Shown here: positions 1 to 7,272 of the stretch, piece after piece
Layout: the number at the start of each line of letters is the position of its first letter
Numbering within the stretch: position 1 is the stretch's first letter
Notes under the pieces: model-generated
Database searches by the model: none
Seen by the model: the letters and a program-made list of their open reading frames with translations, nothing else
Told to the model about the DNA's origin: nothing
DNA from: a virus
Taxonomy: Duplodnaviria > Caudoviricetes
Reading direction: 5' to 3' (one strand)
Length of the DNA: 25,249 bases
IMG/VR virus record: IMGVR_UViG_3300036768_001392
Coordinates: 1 to 25,249 of that record
Made by a program: the position numbers and the translations under genes

Positions 1-9
1 GCGTACCTC

Positions 10-17
10 TATTTATA
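10..17 (-). promoter_or_regulatory. T4-type late promoter TATAAATA, pointing out of the left edge of the window
   Basis: Exact T4 gp55 consensus on the minus strand, inside the inverted repeat ACCTCTAT-TTAT-ATAGAGGT (5-24); gp55 is encoded in this window. Confidence 0.8.
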
Positions 18-133
18 TAGAGGTTTGCTAAAAACAGCTAAAAAACCAGCGCGTTTACCGCGCTGGCGCAGCTCTGAGCAACCGCGAGCTAAGCTAGCCA
101 ACAACGCGCCGAGCGCGCCACCGGCTCTTAAGC

Positions 134-265
134 TTGACATCCTCCCCGGCCTTGAAGGCCGGAGATTCCTGCAACGCTACGCATAGATCGCTCGATGCGC
201 AGTCGTCTCGGTGGGTTCCTGCTTGCGACGGCCAACGCCGTTCGATCCACAGGCCATCCGGGCTG
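134..265 (-). ncRNA. TnpB omegaRNA (reRNA) scaffold; predicted guide is the flank 133 to ~114 (GCTTAAGAGCCGGTGGCGCG)
   Basis: GCCCGGATGGCCTGTGGA...AAGCAGGAACCCACCGAG...GGAATCTCCGGCCTTCAAGGCCGGGGAGGATGTCAA resembles IS605/IS609-type tnpB 3' ends; the 5' boundary is approximate. Confidence 0.7.
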
Positions 266-425
266 ACTCAAGCAGTGCACCCACTTGAATCCCGACCGAA
301 GCGTCGGTCGTGTCCTGCCCTTCGTCTCGCAACTGCTGTATCCCGCGAGAGAGGATATTTATCGCGCTGACCACATCGGCGTTGTCCTCGAACCTACATT
401 CCACGCACTCGAACCTGGCTTGCGT
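177..425 (-). pseudogene. tnpB: C-terminal remnant of TnpB (second zinc-finger CxxC and RuvC-III motif)
   Basis: Translates as TQARFECVECRFEDNADVVSAINILSRG...ACG...KQEPTE, matching the TnpB pattern F.C..CG...NAD..A.NIL; an in-frame TGA lies just upstream and the rest of the gene is missing. Confidence 0.88.
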
Positions 426-478
426 TCAGCGGTCAACCTAGCTTGCTCTCACAAGCTCCGCCCTTCAGGGCGGGGTAG

Positions 479-655
479 TTAATCAACGTCAAGCTCAGGC
501 TCGGCAACGCTGGCAGCCCTCGAGTCCGCACCATCTAGCCCCAAGACCTCGCGGGACTTGAGGGTAAGGTAGTTGTGGAGATCAAGGGTTGCCTGCTCCA
601 TGTTGTCTTCGATAAAGTTCTGCAGCATGCTCTTCAGAGCTTCTCGTTTATCCAT
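479..655 (-). CDS. Small acidic 58-aa protein, probable prohead core (T4 gp67-like); not in the ORF track
   Basis: MDKREALKSMLQNFIEDNMEQATLDLHNYLTLKSREVLGLDGADSRAASVAEPELDVD*; strong SD AAGGAGAG upstream; directly downstream of the prohead protease. The function is inferred from size, acidity and position. Confidence 0.75.
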   Translation of the reverse strand: MDKREALKSMLQNFIEDNMEQATLDLHNYLTLKSREVLGLDGADSRAASVAEPELDVD

Positions 656-780
656 CGCGTTTCTCTCCTTCTGACCAGCGGGCTATGAGCCCGCGTTGGG
701 GTTTGACGCCTTACCGCGGCGTCTAAGCGGTTGTTTTTAAAAGCTTTTTAGCTCTACAGCCGGAGGCACACCGTAGGCTA

Positions 781-1398
781 TCAGCGCCGCCGGGTGAGCT
801 CGTTGATAAACCGTTTCACCTCTTGCGCCAGGTACCGCTGGGCTTGCTCGTCGTGCACCACGGCCTCAGCCAGCGTCATGATCGGCTTGTAGCCAAGCGC
901 CTCGGTCACAACGTCGGGGTAGCACCCAGGGCCAGAGGGCTGGGCCACGATGTCGATGGTGACGAACTGAAAGTCCTCAACGATGCCCTCGTTGGTGACG
1001 TTGCCGGTGCCCCGGGACGAGACGCCAAGCTTCATGCCGCCCTCGATCAGGGCCTTCACGATCTGGCCAGAGGGGGTGTTGAGCACCCGGCACTTGCCCA
1101 TCGCGTTGTTCCCGTCCATCCACGCCTCGGTGATGATGTGGGAAACGTTCTTCAGGTCGATGGACAGGTTGTCTGGGTGGTTAAGCTCGCCGGCGATGTA
1201 CATCCCCTCCTTGGCGCGCTCGTTGATCAGCTGCACGGCCTTCTCGATCTCGTGCCGTGGGTAAATGCGCTGGTTGAGGTTCTTTTGCTCAGCGGCCATC
1301 ATGCGGCCGGCTAGGTAGAGGTTCTTTTGGGCGTCCCGCGACTCGACCAGGTTGACCTCCGACGGGTCATAGCGCTCGATCAAGAACTGTTGTCGCAT
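781..1398 (-). CDS. gp21: Prohead core scaffold protease (T4 gp21-like)
   Basis: Motifs N.N.R.YP, GELNHP (His), GVSSRG.G (Ser), DIVAQPS; lies downstream of the portal gene. Confidence 0.95.
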   Translation of the reverse strand: MRQQFLIERYDPSEVNLVESRDAQKNLYLAGRMMAAEQKNLNQRIYPRHEIEKAVQLINERAKEGMYIAGELNHPDNLSIDLKNVSHIITEAWMDGNNAMGKCRVLNTPSGQIVKALIEGGMKLGVSSRGTGNVTNEGIVEDFQFVTIDIVAQPSGPGCYPDVVTEALGYKPIMTLAEAVVHDEQAQRYLAQEVKRFINELTRRR

Positions 1399-1462
1399 TG
1401 TTGCTTCCCTCCGATGGAGCCTAACAGGGCAAAGAGCTCGCCCGGGCTGTTGCTAGATGCCC

Positions 1463-1468
1463 TATTTA
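1463..1468 (-). promoter_or_regulatory. Late promoter (cTAAATA) for the protease gene
   Basis: Intergenic TAAATA core in sense orientation, 65 nt upstream of the ATG. Confidence 0.65.
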
Positions 1469-1513
1469 GCGAGTTGCTGTTGCTAACGCCGTTTCTTTAG
1501 CTCCAGCTGAAGC

Positions 1514-3124
1514 TCAGCTGGCTGGTGGCTCCGCGCCTAGGTCAAGCTCTTCGCTTTCCTCGCCGCTGCCCTCACCCTCCCCGGAAGGGGACGGCTGAGC
1601 CCCAAGCGCGCCCGGCTCAGGTTGCGCCTGCTCACGGTTATCGTAGATGAGCGGGTCATAGACCTGCCGCAGCTCGTCTACCCCAGCCGCTTGGGTGATG
1701 CCGCGTTCCTGCTTGAGCATGACCTCGTTCATCTGGAGCTCGTCGTCCGTCAGGCCAAGGTAGCGCTTCAGCATGAAGCGCTTGGAGATGTACTTCGTGT
1801 CCTCGATGGCCTTGAACGCGTTGATCAGCTCGGCGTCAAGCGCGGCTTGCCGGTACAGGGCAAAGTTCTGCGGCTCGGGCAGCTCTAGCCTGAAGAGATC
1901 AATGTCGACATCGATGCCGATGACCTGCAGGTAGAGCTTGAACTGCTCGTCGACTACCTTCTCAACGGCGGCCTGCAGGCGCATGATGTAGTTGGCAAAG
2001 CGCAGCTCCTCGATGTACGCGATGCCCACCTTGCCGTCGTTGTATTGGGCGCCCTGGGCATCTTGCCCCTTCATGTAAGAGGTCGGGACGCGCAGCGCCC
2101 GGAACACCTTGTTCATGAAGTACTCTAGCTCAGGCATCTCCCAGGTGGTGCCCGTCGCGAGGGTTTCCACCCTAGATCCCCGCCCGGCTGCCGTCACTGG
2201 GAAGAAATAATCTTCCTGGATCGTTTCCGGGTTATACTGGCTGTCAACGGACGTACCGGTCGTGGTGTTCGGGATCTTCTTCTGGCGGATGTCATTGATG
2301 ATCGACGCCATGTATGCCTTGACGCGCTGGGCTGGCATGTTGCCGACGTCGATGTAGAACACGCGCCGCTCTGGCGCGCGCACGATCCGGTAGATGATGG
2401 CAGCGTCCTCCAGCATCGAGAGCCGACGGTAATCACGGACCGCGTCCTGCAGAACCGACTTGCCAAATGGCGCCGAGTCCCCCATATCGTTCGACAGCGT
2501 GAAGTGCACGATCGCCGCGGCCGGCACTCGCTCAGCCGCCACGTCGGTGGTCGTAGGGGTAAGCCGCTGCTTAAAGCTCGTTTCCTTGATGTGAAAGGCG
2601 ATCGGCCGGTTCGTGTTTGGGTCGATCTCGATCCCGATCACCCTCGTGGGGTCGATGTACTCCCAGGCCTTAGTGTCTGACCGCTTCCTGAAAAAGCAGT
2701 CGCCGTACTTGATCAAGCACCTGGTGATCGCGAACAACCGGTTGCGGAAGTCATGCAGGTTGCTCCATGCCCGGAGAGCAGCGCGCAGCGTGACGATGAC
2801 GTTGTCCTCAATGTCCTCGCTCTGCTCCGTTTGGTACTCGATGATGAACGGCAGCCCAGTTTTACGGTCGAAGTTGGTGATCTCCTCAGCGGTGATGTCT
2901 AGCGCCCTCGCGATGTCGCCGTGATCCATGGCGTCGTACTGCTTGTAGCGCTGCAGGCGCGACGTGGCGCTCTTCAGAAGGTTAGCGAGCCAGGACACTG
3001 ACGCGTGCGCCGAGTAACCGGCGGTAGTCAGGTCATAGCCATCATCGAGGTTGACGCCGCTTTGGTAAGCAGCCTTGCGTGAAGCCGGCTTAACGATGCG
3101 CCAGTAGTTTGTCCAGTGTGCCAT
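1514..3124 (-). CDS. gp20: Portal protein (T4 gp20-like)
   Basis: Hallmark motifs MLEDAAIIYRIVRAPERRVFYIDVGNMP, EDYFFP...GRGSRVETL, YFMNKVFRALRVP, EELRFA. Confidence 0.97.
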   Translation of the reverse strand: MAHWTNYWRIVKPASRKAAYQSGVNLDDGYDLTTAGYSAHASVSWLANLLKSATSRLQRYKQYDAMDHGDIARALDITAEEITNFDRKTGLPFIIEYQTEQSEDIEDNVIVTLRAALRAWSNLHDFRNRLFAITRCLIKYGDCFFRKRSDTKAWEYIDPTRVIGIEIDPNTNRPIAFHIKETSFKQRLTPTTTDVAAERVPAAAIVHFTLSNDMGDSAPFGKSVLQDAVRDYRRLSMLEDAAIIYRIVRAPERRVFYIDVGNMPAQRVKAYMASIINDIRQKKIPNTTTGTSVDSQYNPETIQEDYFFPVTAAGRGSRVETLATGTTWEMPELEYFMNKVFRALRVPTSYMKGQDAQGAQYNDGKVGIAYIEELRFANYIMRLQAAVEKVVDEQFKLYLQVIGIDVDIDLFRLELPEPQNFALYRQAALDAELINAFKAIEDTKYISKRFMLKRYLGLTDDELQMNEVMLKQERGITQAAGVDELRQVYDPLIYDNREQAQPEPGALGAQPSPSGEGEGSGEESEELDLGAEPPAS

Positions 3125-3130
3125 CTTTGT

Positions 3131-5899
3131 TTACGGTGGTCCGTTTCCGTTCAGGTAGGCGTTCGCGCCAACGGCCGCGCCCGCGCGGGGAGCAGTGGCC
3201 GGCGCGCGCTCGAAGGCCATGCCCCTCATCAGCTCATTGGCTTCTCGCATGAGGGTGACCAGCTGCTTAAGGTACTCGGTAGCAACGCTGTCGGTCACCG
3301 AAAGCACCTTATCGCCAAGCCCCCTGGTACCCTCGATGACCTCCGCCCCGATATTTATCGGGGGCTGAACAGGCCCGCCTGGTTGACCCAGCGCGCCGTT
3401 GTTGCTGCCAAAGAGCTCACGGAGCTTGTCCATGTTCGTGATGATGCCAACGCCGCCGCCGATGAGGCCACCAACAGCCGTGCCCACTGGGCCCAAGAGC
3501 GACCCAACGCTAGCGCCCATTAGGGCAGTGCCCAGGATGTCCGCGCCGACGTCGATGCCGGCGCCAAGCCGGCCACCGATCCCTTGCCCCAGCAGCGAGC
3601 CACCAAGACCGATCGCTAGCCCAGCACCGCCTAGCTTAGCTGCACCGAGCAGCTTTCCGCCCCGCCCGCCAGCAACTCCCCCGGTTGCCCCGCCGCCCGC
3701 CAGCGCGACGCCACCGAGGGCTCTGGCAGCGAAGAGCGCCGAGATCGCGGTCCCCGCCAGCGCTGCGCCAGCCGCCTTAGCCGCTGTGCCCAGCGTGCTG
3801 TCGAGCAGCGCCGAGATGGAGTTCAGGATGTTTGTGAGCTCCGTCAGCGGCTTGTATGGCTCCGCGGCGCGCACGGCGGCGGCCAGCTCCGCGTCGGTCC
3901 TGGCCTTGCCGACCTCGCGTGCCTGCACCGTCTTCAGCCCTGCGGTGTAGAGGTGCCCAAGCCCGCTCTCCCCCAGCAGCCGCTCCATGACCACCTCGGC
4001 CCCTAGGTTGCCCTGCTGGACCTGCTGCTCAAAGCTCTGCTGCACCTGCCCGAGCACCTGGTTCAGGAACGCCAGGTTCTCTGGGGTCTGCCCAGCGCGG
4101 CCCCGCCGGATGATGGCCCCCGCCATGGCAGCGGCTTCAGGCGAGATGCCGGCCTGGGCCGCTGCCATCTGCAGCATTGCTGCCTGCCTGAAGCGCTCCC
4201 TGACTGGCGCCCGCAGCTGGGCCTGCTGCTGCTTGACCAGCTCCTGGGCTTGGTCGATGCTCAGGCCTTGCTGCACGTAAAGGTTGCGCAGCTGGACCAG
4301 CTCGTCGGCGTAGGCCTTGCGCCGCTCGACGTCCATGCCCATCAGCGTCTTGAAGATGTCCTCGGTCGAGAGCAGCTCCTGGTCAAGCCGGGCTACCTGC
4401 TGCACCGTCAGCCCGGTCATCGCGCCCAGCTGCTTGGCGTACGCTGTGAACTTGTCCGTAGCCTGGCCAAGCTCCGAGATGCTCCGCAGGTTGATGCCCT
4501 TCGCGGTGAAGACCTCCAACATGCCAGACAGTGACTCGGCCGCCTCTGGCGCAGTGTACCCAGCCTTCTCGAAGCTTTCCTTGAAGGTCGAAAACGCAGC
4601 GTCAAGCTTGTCGCCGAGCCAAAGCGACGCGATCTGCCCGTTCTCGCTCAGCAGCTTGGCGGTTTCCTCAAACGACAACCCAAGCTTGATGGCCTGACGG
4701 TAGACGTTAAGGAAGCTGGTCGCGATGTTGGCGGTGTTGAACCGCACTATCTGCTGGTAGGTCTGGAGCAGCGCGTGGAACGCCTTGTTGAGGTTGGCTG
4801 CGACGGCGGTTGAGCTAGCGAGCTGCCCAGCGTGCCGCTTTAGCCACTCAGTGGCGCTCTTGGCGCTGATGGAAAGCTTGCTGGCGTTGATGGCCGTCTC
4901 GAGCAGCGCGCCGTTAGCAGCGCTGGCGCCGCGGCTTAGCTGCCCTAGCTCAGCGAGCAAGTCCTTCGTAGGCAGCTGCTGGAGAGCGGCTGAGTTGACG
5001 CCGTGGGCACCCAGCGCCTCGGCTGTTCTGTAGGGCAGAGCCGCGGCCACTGGCAGCACGCGCTCCCGCACCTCGATGGAGAGCGCCTGCAGGTCATCGC
5101 TGAGCTGGTTCGTGACGGCGTACAGGCCATGCAGCCCCCGCCCCTCCTTGTCAAGGAGCTCGTTGATCTTGAGCTGCAGCTGCTTGTTCCCGGCGGCGCC
5201 CTGGACGAGCTCCTCGAGGAGGTTAGCGGCTTCCTTGTTGGCCTCAGCGATGGTGGCCTGCACCTCGCCCATCGTTTGCGCCAGCTTGGCGTAATCCTCA
5301 AGCTCAAGGTCTGACCGCAGCTGACCAAGCTCATCATCATAGAGCTTCAGGGACTTGGCGATGTCGCTCAGCGTCGCCGAGGACCGGACAAGGTCGTTAA
5401 TCGACCGGTGCAGCTTGACCATCACGTCGCCCCGCTTGGTGTCGGACAGCTGCTCGGCGTTTTGCAGCATCGCCTGCGTCAGCATCGAGCTGGCGCGGCT
5501 GGCCTTGGCAGCCTCGCTGCTGGCCTTGAAGTAAGCGTTGCTCAGGTCACCGACGGCAATGGTGGCCTCTACCAGCTCCTTGCCATGCAGCCGGCGCAGG
5601 TAGGTGTTCATCTGCTTGAGCGAGGAAGCCGACGCGGCGACCTCCTTGCTGAGCGCGCTGAGCTGCTTGGTTGAGCTCACTTGCGCCGTCAAGAGGGTGG
5701 TCAGGCTCCGCTGGTAATCGGCGAGCGAACGCACCTGCCGCTTGGTGGCCCTGGTAAGCTCCTCCGGCTCATAGTCAGCTAGGCTCGGCCGGCTCCGCTT
5801 GGCGCTGCCAACGTTCAGCCCGCTCCCACGCAGGAACTGCTCTAGCCGGGTGATAGCCGCGGAGAGCTGGTTGATGTCCTTGGGTGAAAGATCTGCCAT
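3131..5899 (-). CDS. Probable tail tape-measure protein
   Basis: 922 aa, Ala/Leu/Gln-rich helical composition with a C-terminal Gly-rich hydrophobic glycine-zipper (GALAG...GPVGTAVGGLIGGGVG); divergent from the chaperone-like genes. Confidence 0.65.
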   Translation of the reverse strand: MADLSPKDINQLSAAITRLEQFLRGSGLNVGSAKRSRPSLADYEPEELTRATKRQVRSLADYQRSLTTLLTAQVSSTKQLSALSKEVAASASSLKQMNTYLRRLHGKELVEATIAVGDLSNAYFKASSEAAKASRASSMLTQAMLQNAEQLSDTKRGDVMVKLHRSINDLVRSSATLSDIAKSLKLYDDELGQLRSDLELEDYAKLAQTMGEVQATIAEANKEAANLLEELVQGAAGNKQLQLKINELLDKEGRGLHGLYAVTNQLSDDLQALSIEVRERVLPVAAALPYRTAEALGAHGVNSAALQQLPTKDLLAELGQLSRGASAANGALLETAINASKLSISAKSATEWLKRHAGQLASSTAVAANLNKAFHALLQTYQQIVRFNTANIATSFLNVYRQAIKLGLSFEETAKLLSENGQIASLWLGDKLDAAFSTFKESFEKAGYTAPEAAESLSGMLEVFTAKGINLRSISELGQATDKFTAYAKQLGAMTGLTVQQVARLDQELLSTEDIFKTLMGMDVERRKAYADELVQLRNLYVQQGLSIDQAQELVKQQQAQLRAPVRERFRQAAMLQMAAAQAGISPEAAAMAGAIIRRGRAGQTPENLAFLNQVLGQVQQSFEQQVQQGNLGAEVVMERLLGESGLGHLYTAGLKTVQAREVGKARTDAELAAAVRAAEPYKPLTELTNILNSISALLDSTLGTAAKAAGAALAGTAISALFAARALGGVALAGGGATGGVAGGRGGKLLGAAKLGGAGLAIGLGGSLLGQGIGGRLGAGIDVGADILGTALMGASVGSLLGPVGTAVGGLIGGGVGIITNMDKLRELFGSNNGALGQPGGPVQPPINIGAEVIEGTRGLGDKVLSVTDSVATEYLKQLVTLMREANELMRGMAFERAPATAPRAGAAVGANAYLNGNGPP

Positions 5900-5931
5900 T
5901 GAACGCGCTGGGTAGGGGTCACCGTTGGCCC

Positions 5932-5957
5932 TAAATATGGGGCGATGAGCTATTTAT
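5932..5957. promoter_or_regulatory. Face-to-face late promoter pair: TAAATA (+, 5932-5937) and ATAAATA (-, 5957-5951)
   Basis: One motif per strand in the divergent gap between the tape-measure gene and the chaperone genes. Confidence 0.7.
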
Positions 5958-6046
5958 CCCCAGCAGCCTGTCCCCATAACGCCACCCGAAGCTGAGCTCT
6001 AGCATTAAACATAGCGCTCTCGAAGGGATATTATCGCAAGGTAAAA

Positions 6047-6250
6047 TGCCCATTGGTGTTTTGGGCAGTACAACGCTGAAGGTGCAACGGCTGGCAACCG
6101 TAACTGCCCTACCCGTGGCGAGTCCGTCCCGTAAGGGCGGCGCTGCGCAGGGGATGGTCCCCAGCGCAGTCGGGAAGGTCACGCCTGCCAGGCACGACAC
6201 TGGCTTGGCAGGAAGAAAACCACGCATGCAAGCGCGTGCTTTCTTGATAG
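6047..6250 (+). ncRNA. Putative structured RNA of unknown class (ncRNA or 5' leader)
   Basis: At least six stems in ~200 nt, with G-U pairs and GNRA loops favouring the plus strand; no convincing ORF. Confidence 0.55.
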
Positions 6251-6256
6251 CAAACT

Positions 6257-7045
6257 ATGACAGAGCAAGCAAACCCGCTCTTGGCCAACGCTAAGCTGCC
6301 GGGGCGGATCTTTCAGCTCCCATCGCGGGGGCTCTTTTATACCCACGGTGAGCTCGATGACACGGTCAAGAACGGCGAGGTCCACGTGCAGCCGATGTCC
6401 GCCCTTGATGAGATCATCATGAAGAACCCGGACCAGCTGTTCAGCGGCAACGCCGTCGAGACCGTCTTCAAGACGTGCGTGCGGGGGGTCAACCGTCCCA
6501 TGCAGCTCCTGTCGAAGGACGTCGACGCCATCACCATGTTCCTGCGGGTGGTGACGTACGGCCCGATGTTCGACTTCTCCGTCAAGCACACGTGCCCGCA
6601 AGCCAAAGAGCACTCATACACCGCAAACCTTGACGAGATGATCGTGGGCATGAAGATGATCGACCCCACCACGGTTAAGACGGCGTTCAGCGTTACGCTG
6701 CCGAACGGGCAGCTCGTCCAGCTCCGCCCCAACCGGTACGCTGACGTCATCGAGATGGTCAAGGAGAACCACGAGAAGCACGAGCTGACGGCACAGGACA
6801 TGCAGCGCAACCTGAAGGCCCTGCTCCTCAGCGTGATCGAGAGCGTGGACAACGTCACTGACCCACGGCTCATCGGCGAGTGGCTGGAGCAGCTCCAGGT
6901 TACGTGGGCCAACCGCATCATCGAGAAGCTCGATGGCTTGAACGAGTGGGGACCGACCATGCGCTGGCAGGTCGCCTGCAAGGACTGCGGGGAGCAGTTT
7001 GACGTGCAGCTACCGCTGAACCCCGTGTCTTTTTTCACCGAATGA
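6257..7045 (+). CDS. Baseplate hub / tail assembly chaperone (T4 gp26-like)
   Basis: NPL...LPSRG.FY, V.PMSA.DEI.MKNPD.L..G, D.D.I...LR..TYG, and a C-terminal CKDCG...LNPVSFF. Confidence 0.8.
   Translation: MTEQANPLLANAKLPGRIFQLPSRGLFYTHGELDDTVKNGEVHVQPMSALDEIIMKNPDQLFSGNAVETVFKTCVRGVNRPMQLLSKDVDAITMFLRVVTYGPMFDFSVKHTCPQAKEHSYTANLDEMIVGMKMIDPTTVKTAFSVTLPNGQLVQLRPNRYADVIEMVKENHEKHELTAQDMQRNLKALLLSVIESVDNVTDPRLIGEWLEQLQVTWANRIIEKLDGLNEWGPTMRWQVACKDCGEQFDVQLPLNPVSFFTE
7030..7036 (+). other. Candidate programmed -1 frameshift slippery heptamer T TTT TTC
   Basis: In-frame X XXY YYZ (TCT TTT TTC) just before the stop; the -1 frame is open into ORF 7042..7272. Confidence 0.6.
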
Positions 7046-7272
7046 TCAGGGACGGCAACATGCACGAGGTTCGCCGGATCATCGAGCAGCTTGGCGCGGA
7101 GGTCAAGCAGCTCGTGCGGTCCGCGATCGAGCTCTCGTACTTCTCGCGTGGAGCGTGGAGCTACGAGACGGTGCTGCGCATGTCAGCCGGCGAGCGGGAG
7201 ATCGCGCTTGAGTTCATCAACTCGCGCATCGAGGCGGCCAAGAAGACGCAGACTGGCATGACGTTCATCTGA
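7042..7272 (+). CDS. Small tail/baseplate assembly chaperone (gp51-like, or lambda-T-like frameshift extension)
   Basis: ATGA overlap with the upstream gene; LSYFSRGAWSYETVLRMSAGERE resembles the W...E...M...ER pattern of tail chaperone C-terminal domains. Confidence 0.75.
   Translation: MIRDGNMHEVRRIIEQLGAEVKQLVRSAIELSYFSRGAWSYETVLRMSAGEREIALEFINSRIEAAKKTQTGMTFI

Larger units (their letters stand above)
134..481 (-). mobile_element. Non-autonomous miniature IS200/IS605-family element (no tnpA, truncated tnpB)
   Basis: On the minus strand it starts right after TTGAT with the hairpin TAACTACCCCGCCCTGAAGGGCGGAGCTTG and ends with the typical right end GGAATCTCCGGCCTTCAAGGCCGGGGAGGATGTCAA (169-134); a TnpB C-terminal fragment lies between. 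Confidence 0.88.

Noticed and set aside
134-482. Plus-strand ORFs 134..370 and 285..482
   Set aside because: Antisense shadows of the tnpB remnant and the element ends
6047-6250. RNase P, SRP, tmRNA or group I/II intron identity for the structured region
   Set aside because: No GAGGAAAGUCC, SRP loop, tRNA-like CCA end, or group II domain V / group I P7 signature found by eye
5931-6294. ORFs 5931..6227 (-) and 6046..6294 (+)
   Set aside because: No SD or recognisable motifs; they overlap promoters or the real gene start and coincide with the hairpin-rich region
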